A stretch of 64,000 nucleotides of DNA, taken from positions 6,262,001-6,326,000 of the forward strand of contig CATNEN010000034.1 of NCBI GenBank assembly GCA_950097015.1, written 5' to 3'. Positions within the stretch are counted from its first letter, which is position 1. Each line of letters opens with the position of its first letter. Both the position numbers and the translations under genes were made by a program. The notes beneath the pieces were generated by a model. The model did not search any database. It saw only the letters and a program-made list of their open reading frames with translations, and was not told the DNA's origin. This document shows positions 36,465 through 48,128 of the stretch, piece after piece. The DNA comes from Macrostomum hystrix (Eukaryota > Animalia > Platyhelminthes).

Positions 36465-37984
36465 TCAATAGTTCTGGTAGCTCTTCAGCACTCCCTCGTC
36501 TCCGGGTCCGCGAGGCCGCACCACAAAGTCGCGATTCCACAGGCGCACCCAGGCCTGGTAGTGCTCAGCCGGCTGAATCCGGTGCCGCCGAAAGCGCTGA
36601 TTGGTGACCGCCTCCTGGCCCCGCCTCTGCCTCAGATGATCGATGATCTCCATGACATTCTCCAGGCGGTAGCTCAGGCGCAGCTGGCGCTCCAGCTGGG
36701 CGTCTGCCACCGCGACTGGCGGCTGATCGCTGCGGGAAATCCTGCGAAACTGCTGCTGCTGTTGCTGCGGCGTTTTGTAAGCAGTCAGCGAATAGCCCGG
36801 AAGTGGAATCTCCATAGTCGCTGCTGACGTCACCGCTGTTGGACCGTGGCCCGCTGCGGACTGGCGCGATTGGCTGCGGCTGACGGAGTCGATGGTGTCA
36901 TCGCCGGAGACGATGCCTCCGCCAGCGCGTCTCTGCTGCTGCTGCTGTTGCTGGGCCGGCTGATTCGCCAGCTCGAATCGCGTTCGCAGCATCTCCATCG
37001 GGGTTCTGGTTCGTGGCAGATCCTGCGGCCTGCTGGGAATGCGTTTGCAAATCTAAGAGCTCTACTGGGCTGCAGATTTGTCAGCCTCACTTTTGTGCTA
37101 ACAAAGCAAATGCCAATTCCAGGGGGTGAGTGGCAGAGCGGTTAACGCGTTTTTGCCTCTCGCACCACGGTCCATGACCATAAGTTCGATTCCACGGCGA
37201 GGCCACATTCATTTGGGGCGCAGCCGCGGAGAGAAGGCTTGGGGGCTTGTCGTGCAATTTACGCCCTTGAGGGCCAACCTCCAAGGCACAGTGAAATGTA
37301 CACTGCCTGACGATGAGAAATTGTGAGCGTGTGCCTGCGTACGGTAATTTGTGTCCGTGTATGCTCAGGAGTCAGCGAAATGGGCAGAATTGCCTCCTCG
37401 CTGGCTGCGGGTCTAGTGTCATCAGTGTCATCATTAATTCTGAATTTTAAAAAATTTAAAATTATGTAAAATTTTAAACAAAACTAAGGTGGGCATAAAT
37501 TTCCGGGTTTGCCCCTGATCACGACAATTCGTTCGCGCCCAGAAATCAGCAGCACTCACGGCACCGGCTCAGCGGAGAGGATGGTGTTCCTGGCCAGCTT
37601 CTCGTAGCACTTGAACGTGGCGTACTGGCCCTCGATGGACAGGGTGGCCGAGAACCGCGGATTCCTTGGCGCCTCGTCCGGCCGCATCCGGGTCATGAAG
37701 TCGTCGGCCAGTGTGGCCGAACTGTCCTCCCTGATGGCGCTGCCGCGAAGCGATTTCTGCAGCCCGATCAGCCGCGTCACCCGGCGCGACAGCAGGGCGA
37801 ATCGGGGCGGCTGGCTGGATGGCGACCCGGCGCCGCTGCCGGCGGAGCGCTGCGACGAGCCGCCGCCGAGGGAGGAGGCGCCGCCACCGCCGCCGCCGCC
37901 GGTGCGGGCCAACTCGGCGATGGAGATCCGTCGGCTGCGCGGCTGGGAGCTGACGGAATGCAGCGATGGAATTTGGTGTTCCAA
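36465..37984 (-). CDS. Hypothetical protein, last two exons (~37984-37560 and 37032-36465); 5' end uncertain
   Basis: Two GC-rich blocks with Gly/Gln low-complexity tracts. Donor CC|GTGAGT at 37559 (phase 2) fits acceptor ATTCCCAG|C at 37033. The ORF-track start at 37984 is TTG, so the true start or an upstream exon is unknown. No family recognised. Confidence 0.65.
37121..37430 (+). mobile_element. tRNA-derived SINE (family A), lacks the 3' tail
   Basis: A box TGGCAGAGCGG (37131), B box GTTCGATTCC; body matches the reverse complement of 46191-46559. Confidence 0.88.
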
Positions 37985-38028
37985 ATGGATTATAAGATTA
38001 ATTATCTTTTTTAATCCTACCGTTGTTC

Positions 38029-38389
38029 AGTGGCAGAGCGGTTAACGCGTTTGCCTCTCGTACGATGGTCCCTGAGCTCGATTCCTCGGCGAGGCCACAT
38101 TCATTTTGGGTGCAGCCGCGGAGAGAGGTCTTGGGGACTTGTCGTACAATTTACGCCCTTGAGGGCCAACCCCTAAGAGTGTACACTGCCTGACGATGAG
38201 AAAGTCAAGGCAGATGTACACACATTTGTTAGTGTATGCCTGCCTACAGTATCTGTGTGCGTGTGTGCTCAGGAGTCAGCCAAATGGACAGAATCGTCCC
38301 CTCGCTGGCTGCGGTTCTACTGTCACCGAGTGATGCGCCCTTTCCTGCAGCCCTCCAGCAAATATTATTAATATTATCATTATTATTAG
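38029..38389 (+). mobile_element. tRNA-derived SINE (family A) with degenerate (ATT)n tail
   Basis: Same head (TGGCAGAGCGGTTAACGCG) and body as the 37121 copy; ends ATTATTATTAG. Confidence 0.88.
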
Positions 38390-39199
38390 TAAACCCTACC
38401 TCAGTTCCATGAAGCCGCGAAGATATCTCGCAGAGTTCTTTCTCTTTCCTAGTTCTTGGAAACGTTATTAATAAATTCTTCTATGTCAAGGTTTGCATTG
38501 AAGAGTTTCAAGGGAAATAAAGGGAGCACTGCCTGGGCCGATCAGCTCCGCTCCCATTGCCTGTGTGTGCTCTCTATTTAGCCCACTCAAATTCTGGCCT
38601 CCTCAACTCCGTCTCTCTGTTCTCCCGCAGTGTTTGACTTGTGGCCAGCACAGGCGGAATGCACACTTTGAGGCGACTATACAGTTCTGCATGTCGTGGA
38701 TAGAGGAGTTGCCACGCTTTGTTCTATAGCTGGCCCTTTTTTAACTCGACTTTCCTTCCTCCTGCTAAAACTCTTATATAGACTGAAACGAGTTCAGGTA
38801 GGGCGTAGCTGGAAGCTAAGCTATTTGCACAGTCAAATTATATTCTCCTTTGTCAATTGGAAACGGCCTATAGCAACGGCTGAAGAGAAGAAGAGTAAGC
38901 ACGAATGCGAAAAGAGAAATAATTAACACGAATTTGTCTTTCAAGTAATTAAAATGCTTTTATCTTTGAACAAAACGTAAAGAAGGGTCGAAAAAATTAG
39001 TGTTTTCGTCGACTTATCAGCACATGAAGCAGCGTTTGACACCCTTTCTCAATGCTCCCGCATGCAGGCTCAACCCGACCGCTTCAGTCGGTTGTGCTCA
39101 AGCTGTTGATAATCAGTCTGCTACAACTCGGACACGAACTCAAACAACAGGGAAATGAGACGGAAACATAAACTTTTTCTGGTAGCCTTGGCAACGTTT

Positions 39200-39480
39200 C
39201 TCATTGTAGCAAGAGGCAGACCTCATTCAAAAGCAGACTAAAACTTCATACTCGTATGCTCACCCACACTGGCGAGAGGCCGTACAGTTGTAGCATTTGT
39301 TAGCTGACCTTCACCCAGAATAGTTCCGTCAAAGCCCATATGCTCACCCACACTGGTGAGAGGCCGTACAGTTGTAGCATTTGTTAGCTGACCTTCACCC
39401 AGAATGGTTCCGTCAAAACCCAAATGCTCACCCACACTGGTGAGAGACCGTTCGTCTGCAGCCTGTGTGAAATGGCATCC
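39200..39480 (+). pseudogene. C2H2 zinc-finger gene fragment with in-frame stops
   Basis: Reads [66 protein letters not shown]; TAG at 39301 and 39385, 84 bp apart. Confidence 0.85.
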
Positions 39481-39494
39481 AGTGAATATGACAG

Positions 39495-39990
39495 AATATG
39501 ACATCGGAAGGTGACAAGACACTTTGGACAGTGTACATCGGAAGGTGACAAGACACTTTGGACAGTGTTCATCGGACGCAGAGAGAAGGTGACAAGATAC
39601 TTTGGACAGTGTACATCGGACGCAGAGAGAAGGTGACGAGACACTTTGGACAGTGTTCATCGGACGCAGAGAGAAGGTGAAAAGATACTTTGGACAGTGT
39701 ACATCGGACGCAGAGAGAAGGTGACCAGACACTTTGGACAGTGTTCATCGGACGCAGAGAGGTGACAAGACACCTTGGACAGTGTACATCGGACGCAGAG
39801 AGAAGGTGACAAGACACTTTGGACAGTGTACATCGGACGCAGAGAGAAGGTGACAAGACACTTTGGACAGTGTACATCGGACGCAGAGAGAAGGTGACAA
39901 GACACTTTGGACAGTGTACATCGGACGCAGAGAGAAGGTGACAAGACACTTTGGACAGTGTACATCGGACGCAGAGAGAAAGTGACAAAA
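39495..39990. repeat. 44-bp minisatellite (GTGACAAGACACTTTGGACAGTGTACATCGGACGCAGAGAGAAG)n
   Basis: Head-to-tail copies with no spacers. Confidence 0.95.
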
Positions 39991-40456
39991 ACTTTACTTC
40001 TGTTACGTCGTCAGTCTAAAAGTAGTTTGTGAGTTGAGACAGTTAGGATGCATCGATTTTTTGGGAGAGAGGTTGAAAGTAGGATATTTTGAGGCAGCAC
40101 GGTCAGCTGTGTGCATGTGGTTCTTACAAATTAGATTGACTGCAGCAGGCTGAAAATTGCCTCCGCTGGGTCCCACTGGGCCCTACTAACTACATGCGGC
40201 TGCTAGCACCCAAGCGATTGCGCAACACTATCCAATTCCGATAAATAGCGACTGTTTCGAAATTGCCGGCAAAGTCAATAACCAGCAACTGTTGCTATCT
40301 AGCTGGCTAGGGCTATGGTCACTTTCTGCTGCAGTTGTCCTGACAACAAATTGGCTGCTAGTGAAGGGGATGGTTCAGCGATCAATGATTATCGATTTCG
40401 ACAATATTGGCGACATCCAATTTTAGAGGGTTTTCCTTACATCCACTCGCTTTTTT

Positions 40457-40880
40457 ATGAATTCTCATTCTTCTCTTTCTTTTCATGAATTCGCTTTCTT
40501 CTCATTGTCATCATTCTCTTTTTGTTCTTATGAATTCTCATTATTGTCATGAATTCTCATTATTGTCATGAATTCTCATTATTGTCATGAATTCTCATTA
40601 TTGTCATGAATTCTCATTATTGTCATGAATTCTCATTATTGTCATGAATTCTCATTATTGTCATGAATTCTCATTATTGTCATGAATTCTCATTATTCTC
40701 ATGAATTCTCATTATTGTCATGAATTCTCATTATTGTCATGAATTCTCATTATTCTCATGAATTCTCATTATTGTCATGAATTCTCATTCTTCTCTTTCT
40801 TTTCATGAATTCGCTTTCTTCTCATTGTCATCATTCTCTTTTTGTTCTCTTGAATTCTCATTATTCTCATGAATTCTCAT
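40457..40880. repeat. 19-bp minisatellite (ATGAATTCTCATTATTGTC)n bracketed by ~73-bp direct repeats
   Basis: ATGAATTCTCATTCTTCTCTTTCTTTTCATGAATTCGC... starts at both 40457 and 40777. Confidence 0.9.
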
Positions 40881-41681
40881 TCTTCTTATTTTATTTGTTT
40901 TTACTGATTATCATTTCGTCCGCATTTGTTCTGAACAAATTCAAGGTTCAGAAGGTGCTTCGTACTAATCAATCCTCTGAGGCCTTGTCCTCATCACAAC
41001 CTCTTAGTTGGTGATTAATTCGTCCATTAAAGGTGACAACCGCGACGGATGACGAGGCGTGGTTTCGTATTTCATTCAGCTTTTATTGGAGATACCTGTG
41101 TGCCAAAATTGATCTCATGTATGTGATTCATCATCTATAGGTGATATGAGTTGAGAAAAAAGTTAATATGTGAGAGTAATTCTCGAACTCCTAATAACAA
41201 ATTAAAGTCAATATTGGTAAGTTTATTTGCGTACATCATTGGAGTAAATGAAATGTGTAATTGAAAATTCGCAAATGGAAATACACGCTGGTATATATAC
41301 ATACCATTCGCTTATCAGCGAGCAAAATTCTTTTGAAATGTAAAAGCCCTGAGAGTAGGTAATAAGTAGTAACGTAAAACATTTAAAATAGTAGCGGAAA
41401 AAGTAAATATATAGCAATGCATGAAAAGGTATTTCTTAAGTTTCTTTTCCTAAAATACCCTAATCCAGCTTTATAAAAAAGTTCACTTGCTAGTCCGAAA
41501 TGCTTGTTTTAGTACACATTTCGACCTTGACCTTGAAGAATTCCAGCCAGCGATCACGCGTTGTACATGTGCGCTTCTGTTTTTTCAAATTTGACTTTGA
41601 ATTTGACCTCCAACCAGCGATCACGCAATGCATGCATGCGTCTCCATTTAGACTTTGACCTTGGAGAATTCCAATCAGTGA

Positions 41682-44378
41682 TCACGCAATGCTTGCGTAC
41701 GTCTCCATTTTGACTTTGACCTTGGAGAAGCCCAATCGGCGGGTCAGATCTTCGGCCCGCATCTGCGTGTAGGCGCGTCGGCTGGCGGCCAGGTGGCCGG
41801 ACTTCAAGTAGACGGAGGCGGCCGGCCCGGCTGTAGCCAGGAGCAGCCCGTGATGCCGCTGGTTGTTGAGACGGAGGAATCTGGTGGCCCAGGCGCGCAG
41901 GAGGACGGCCTCAATCAGCAGGCTCTGATTGGCCTCACAGAGTAGCGACATCAGGTGAAAGTCGGTAGTGAGGAAGCCGGGCAACAGGTGGAAGCTGACA
42001 TCTCGAACGCGATGCACCTGGAGTTGCGATTTTATTAAAATAATCGCGTCAGCTCATCATATAAAAAAATGAATGGAATTCAAAATGGGATCGATACACG
42101 TGAGTAGATTTCGGATCGGCATAGAATAGAAAAAAAATGAAGGTAGAAAGGCTCTAAAAATCTACGAATTTTCTGCCCCTCTATTTCTATTTCTATTTCA
42201 CCTCAAATATTACAATCGATCGCGTGCCGTGAAGCACATTTTTTGAGAGCGATTGCTCAGGCCAACTGCTCCGACATCAACAGCTTCCGGGTTGAGTCCC
42301 TGTACAATGCTCAAGGAGTCTGGGGGGATGTGGGAGAAGCTAAATGAGTCTGCTACAGTATCACACTTCTCCAGTGCAGAGGGCCTGAATGAGTCACAGA
42401 TTTCTGAGTCACGCAGGACAGACACTGCAGACATTACAGATACTACAGACATTACAGACACTGCAGACATTACAGATGCTACAGACATTGCACATACTAC
42501 AGACATTGCACATACTACAGACATTACACATACTACAGACATTACAGATACTACAGACATTACAGATGCTACAGATATTACAGATGCTACAGACATTGCA
42601 CATACTACAGACATTGCACATACTACAGACATTAAAGATACTGCAGACACTACAGACATTAAAGATACTGCAGACACTACAGACATAACATATACTACAG
42701 AAATGACAGGACCTCGTGTCTGTAGAAGCTAAGCGCTATCAGTTTGATGAAGCCGGCAAAGAAGCTGGCCTCCATGTAGGCGTCCTCCTTGAAGGCCAGT
42801 CGCGACTGAGCGAAACGCAGCCAGGTGAAGCCGGCCTGGCCCGTGGCTCCGACAGCTGAACCGGCAGCCAGGCCCAGCAGAGCCCAGTTGGACCAGGCGC
42901 TGAGCAGCTGAGGGCAGACAATCGATGGCAGTCCGCCAGTCTGATGGCAGACTCGTTCGGCGGGAAACGGCGCCGGCGAGACGGCGAGGCAGCAGACGAG
43001 AGCGCAGGCGGTTATCGCCAGGCACTGGCCAGCGAGACTCGCCGCCTGCTTAGCCGCCCAGGATCTGCAAAGCCGGCCGGAGTTCTGCCAGTCCGCCAGG
43101 CTGTGTCCGAGGCTCCAGTCGACTCGGCCGGCCTCCGAGCTGCAGAGTCGAGCGGCGCAGCCGGCTGAGAAGCCGCTGTCGGGCATCGCTGCGCAATTAC
43201 CGGGCTGCGAGTCGGCGATCTCGCTAACGTAGGGGCGTTGATAGGAGAGATTCTGTATGAGATTAGATGTTAATAGATGAGATTCTGTATGAGATTGGAT
43301 GTTAATAGGTGAGATTCAGTATGAGATTGGATGCCGAAAGTGAGATTCTGTATGAGATTGGATGCTTATAGGTGAGATTCTGTATGAGATTGGATGCTGA
43401 ATGTTGAGATTCTGTATGAGATTGGATGCTGAATGTTGAGATTCAGTATGAGATTGGATGCTGATAGGTGAAATTCTGTATGAGATTAGATGCAAAAGGT
43501 GAGAAACTGTATGAGATTGGATGTTGAAATTTGAGATTCTGTATGTGAAATATGTGAAATTTGAAATTTAAGATATCGCATTAGAAAAATATAGAATAAA
43601 AAAGGATTCCCAAATCAGTTGGGTCAGATGTGCAGCCAGTGACACAGCGCAGCTATTGCACAGTGGCTTCCAAAGGCTGTGTACAGCTTGTCCAGTCCGT
43701 GGACTGGGGGAGGTCGCCACACTTACCCGAACTCCTGCCCCAGCTAATGCTGGCACCAACTTTCAGCTTGGCAAACTTAACCCACTAGAGCATCAAGTGT
43801 CTTGCTGATGTGTACAAATAGCTAAATTTGGGTCGAGATTCGAACCCATGACCTCTCATATTCAGATGTCCAAAGCTCTGAGCACTGGGCTACTAATACT
43901 CTTATATAAGCCCTAATGAAATATATGATTAAATCAAGATTTTGCTTTGTAGAAAATATTAACAATTGAGATCTTCCATGAGATGTGATTGGACTGCTAA
44001 CCTCACAGCCAGCCGCACGAATTGCCTGATCTCGCTCTGGACCAACAGTAGATCCCGCCTGAGCTGCGGACCCGCCGTCAGCTGCCACCACAGCTGCGGC
44101 AGCCACATCAGGCCGGCGTAGGCAAGCAGCGCAGTCGCTAGGTCGCGAGTTCGTGTTCCCACCGGCTGCTGCAGGTGGCACATCTGGCTGACAAATAGGA
44201 CCTGGGCAGCGCTGGCATTGCGATGGAGTTGGCATGCTCCAGGTGCGGTCGCGAGTTCGAGTCCAAACAGACTAATCGATAGAGTGAGTGGCCAGAACAC
44301 TGAGAATAGTTTGGCCAGGTGGTCTGGCAACAGCTCAATGCGAAAATTTGAGTAGTCGTCCAGGTAACCGCATGACAT
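41682..44378 (-). CDS. Pannexin/innexin-family channel, 407 aa, pannexin-like; exons 44378-44002, 43223-42713, 42017-41682
   Basis: Splice phases 2 and 0 are compatible. Four hydrophobic segments, two Cys per extracellular loop (GAC-x17-C; RVC...IVC). Motifs FRIELLPDHL, LMWLPQLWWQLTAGPQLRRDLLLVQSE and TDFHLMSLLCEAN align by eye to PANX1 [37 protein letters not shown] and NDLSLYNLFLEEN. Confidence 0.8.
42415..42705. repeat. 18-bp minisatellite (ACAGACATTGCACATACT)n, pannexin-like intron 2
   Basis: Direct periodicity starting just inside the donor. Confidence 0.93.
43245..43550. repeat. Degenerate ~30-bp minisatellite (GAGATTCTGTATGAGATTGGATG...)n
   Basis: About 10 diverged copies next to the acceptor at 43224. 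Confidence 0.88.
43600..43894 (-). mobile_element. tRNA-derived SINE (family B) in pannexin-like intron 1
   Basis: Minus-strand head TAGCCCAGTG...GGGTTCGAATCTCGACCC (A/B boxes), then CAAGACACTT and the CCCAGTCCACGGACTG core shared with 407-422. Confidence 0.6.
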
Positions 44379-44604
44379 TGTTCAGCAGTCGCGTGATGCG
44401 CGACTTAACTTAGTAAAATATAAGAATATAAAGGGATGCTTTACTGATAGCCAATTGGGCTTCAAGTAAATATCAACTGCACGCAGATTGGTCGGCCTAG
44501 TGTGGCAGCTTTTTTTGCAATCTCTTCGATTACTGCCCACTCAGTAGTATCAGTGAATATGCAATTCAAAGCAATTGTTTCCTGAAATTCTCATAATCCG
44601 AAAT

Positions 44605-46175
44605 CCGATTATCCCACTGTGCTCAAGGTACGACTCAACCACCCCAATGTGCTCAAGCTACGAATCAAACATTCCACTTTGCTCAAGCTACGAATCAAAC
44701 ATTCCACTGTGCTCAAGCTACGAATCAAACATTCCACTGTGCTCAAGCTACGAATCAAACATTCCACTGTGCTCAAGCTACGACTCAACCACCCCACTGT
44801 GCTCAAGCTACGAATCAAACATTCCACTGTGCTCAAGCTACGAATCAAACATCACACTGTGCTCAAGCTACGAATCAAACATCACACTGTGCTCAAGCTA
44901 CGAATCAAACATTCCACTGTGCTCAAGCTACGACTCAACCACCCCACTGTGCTCAAGCTACGAATCAAACATCACACTGTGCTCAAGCTACGAATCAAAC
45001 ATCACACTGTGCTCAAGCTACGAATCAAACATCACACTGTGCTCAAGCTACGAATCAAACATTCCACTGTGCTCAAGCTACGACTCAACCACCCCACTGT
45101 GCTCAAGCTACGAATCAAACATCACACTGTGCTCAAGCTACGAATCAAACATCACACTGTGCTCAAGCTACGAATCAAACATTCCACTGTGCTCAAGCTA
45201 CGACTCAACCACCCCACTGTGCTCAAGCTACGAATCGAACATTCCACTGTGCTCAAGCTACGAATCAAACATCACACTGTGCTCAAGCTACGAATCAAAC
45301 ATCACACTGTGCTCAAGCTACGAATCAAACATCAAACTGTGCTCAAGCTACGACTCAACCACCCCACTGTGCTCAAGCTACGAATCGAACATCTCACTGT
45401 GCTCAAGCTACGAATCAAAAATCACACTGTGCTCAAGCTACGAATCAAACATTCCACTGTGCTCAAGCTACGACTCAACCACCCCACTGTGCTCAAGCTA
45501 CGAATTAAACATCACACTGTGATCAAGCTACGAATCAAACATCACACTGTGCTCAAGCTACGAATCGAACATCTCACTGTGCTCAAGCTACGAATCAAAC
45601 ATCTCACTGTGCTCAAGCTACGAATCAAACATCACACTGTGCTCAAGCTACGAATCGAACATCTCACTGTGCTCAAGCTACGAATCAACCACCCCACTGT
45701 GCTCAAGCTACGAATCGAACATCTCACTGTGCTCAAGCTACGAATCAAACATCTCACTGTGCTCAAGCTACGAATGAAACATCACACTGTGATCAAGCTA
45801 CGAATCAAACATCACACTGTGCTCAAGCTACGAATCAAACATCACACTGTGCTCAAGCTACGAATCAAACATCACACTGTGCTCAAGCTACGACTCAAAT
45901 ATCCCACTGTGCTCAAGCTACGGATCGAACATCACACTGTGCTCAAGCTACGAATCAAACATCACACTGTGCTCAAGCTACGAATCAAACATCACACTGT
46001 GATCAAGCTACGACTCAAATATCCCACTGTGCTCAAGCTACGGATCGAACATCACACTGTGATCAAGCTACGAATCAAACATCACACTGTGCTCAAGCTA
46101 CGAATCAAACATCACACTGTGATCAAGCTACGACTCAAATATCCCACTGTGCTCAAGCTACGGATCGAACATCCC
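44605..46175. repeat. 30-bp minisatellite (ACTGTGCTCAAGCTACGAATCAAACATCAC)n
   Basis: About 52 copies; explains ORFs 44575-45522 and 44619-46238. Confidence 0.96.
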
Positions 46176-46190
46176 GCGGCCAAACCGCAT

Positions 46191-46559
46191 AATAATAATA
46201 ATAATAATTGCAGGAGGGCTGCGGGCAATGACACATAGTTTGGTGACACTAGACCCGCAGCCAGCGAGGAGGCAATTCTGCCCATTTCGCTGACTCCTGA
46301 GTACACACGCACACAGATACCGTACGCAGGCATACGCTCACACAGGTGTGTACATCTGCCCTGACTTTCTCATCGTCAGGCAGTGTACACTCGAACTGTG
46401 CCTTGGAGGTTGGCCCTCAAGGGCGTAAATTGCACGACAAGCCCCCAAGCATTCTCTCCGCGGCTGCGCCCCAAATAAATGTGGCCTCGCCGTGGAATCG
46501 AACTTAGGGACTGTGGTGCGAGTGGCAAACGCGTTAACCGCTCTGCCACCGACCCCCCA
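46191..46559 (-). mobile_element. Full-length tRNA-derived SINE (family A), ~370 bp, (ATT)n tail, 13-bp target-site duplication
   Basis: GGCCAAACCGCAT at 46178-46190 and 46560-46572. The minus strand starts TGGGGGGTCGGTGGCAGAGCGG (A box), contains GTTCGATTCC (B box) and ends ...CCTGCAATTATTATTATT. Confidence 0.93.
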
Positions 46560-48128
46560 GGCCAAACCGCATGGTGATTTCAACATTAAAAAGATGCAAT
46601 TGGATCCAATTACGAGTATGCAGTGATGATTGTTTCTGATGTGCTTTGCCGATAAGCGAGAGTCTCTATTTAAAACAGATGTTTTATGTTGTAAAAATTA
46701 AGTATTTAATTTGCACATTGCTTTTCAGTCCTAGTTGCGAGTAGTATATACGTGCATAAACAATATTGTGCGCTATAAAAATATGAATTTCAGTTTTACA
46801 TAGACTTACATAGGTCAATTAAATTAAAGCGAAAATCGGGTAATTATGTAGGTGTCTAACGAACAAAAAACTTGGGATTTTCGATATGAATGCAACGGCC
46901 GATATTTAATCATGGCTATTTGTATGCATGCATAAGCCTATATGTACACGAAAATAAAATTTAAATTAAATGAAAAACACGTGCACTTAGAAGCTTCTAA
47001 TGCTACTCATAGTAGACGATTCCAAAAAAGCTAATAAAATCCGAATCATAGTACTGGATAGATACGCATATTCAAGGTTCAGGCGCAAGCAGCTTGTGAA
47101 TTGTGAATTGCCATATCGAAACATGAATAAAGTTTATGCGACATATCTTTGCCAATCTAAAATGTTATTTTGCGAGAACCTTAGAAAAGATCACGTGAAG
47201 CATGACAGATGATATGCATATGTGAAATATCCTATTTCACATATGCTCTAAAATCACTATTGAAACCATTTAAAAAAATGACAAGGAGGTAGAAATATTT
47301 CTTAATAAAAAATTGGTCTTCCTAATTATCACTGATCTCTACTTATCAGCTAATTGCACAAAAAGTCTAAATAAATAGTAATAATATCGAGATTGCCACA
47401 TATAGACAAAAAGCAGGGCTTAAGGCTGCAAATAGAAATGTGGATATAGAAAAAATAGGAAATTGTGTGAAATTGCAAAGATTTGTTAAGCTGCACTTAA
47501 TAAATGGCGGAGTCCGAAGGGTCCGAAGCGAACGCGCAAATTTTTACGCGAAAAAAAGCAAAAAAAACAACACTATTATTCTCAACCAGAGAATTCTTAC
47601 TACTTGACCCGAGTAGTAAGTAGCATCTGGTGATTGTTGCGGTTGTTTTAAAAAAATACCTTTTGCATTTGTAGCCAATAAAAAGCGTTTAAAAGCTGAA
47701 TCGATTAAAATGAGGCGTGTATTTGTGTGCGTGAGAGAATATGTGAAAAAAATAATGTAAGAAAAAGCTGAGATAGTATACAGTGTTGCGAAAAGATTTT
47801 GTCGGCTATTATTTGACGAAAACTGTACTTGATTTGAAAAAAAACTTCGAAAAGTTGACTTAAAAAAATTCACCTTAATATCCAAATACTTGACCTTGAT
47901 TTGGGAAATTATTAATTCTAAGAAAAAGCCTGCAAAGGGGTCGGGGATCGTATTACTGCCTTGTGACGCAGACTGAACTCGTTTCATTAAAAATAGTTAG
48001 CTTGCTTTGCTGTGGCATGAAATACAGATTGAACAGTTTTTACACTACAAGCGATGCTAAAACACGCTTTAGAAAAAAATTCATTAGGGAGAAATGTGGA
48101 GGACAAAAATGACATTCACACGCGTTTT

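Noticed and set aside
37121-37200. tRNA gene calls for A/B-box segments (also 38029, 43830-43894, 46490-46559, 265-320)
   Set aside because: No complete cloverleaf, and each continues into a shared repeat body, so they are SINE heads.
39495-39990. CRISPR-like look: 44-bp repeats with an internal ACACT/AGTGT dyad
   Set aside because: Units are head-to-tail with no unique spacers, there are no cas genes, and the context is eukaryotic.
42210-42415. GC-balanced, coding-looking patch inside pannexin-like intron 2
   Set aside because: No recognisable motif in any frame and no convincing splice sites; may be a TE fragment but unsupported.
44575-46238. Long ORFs of 315 and 539 aa
   Set aside because: They are translations of a 30-bp array (period divisible by 3), with no splice or domain support.
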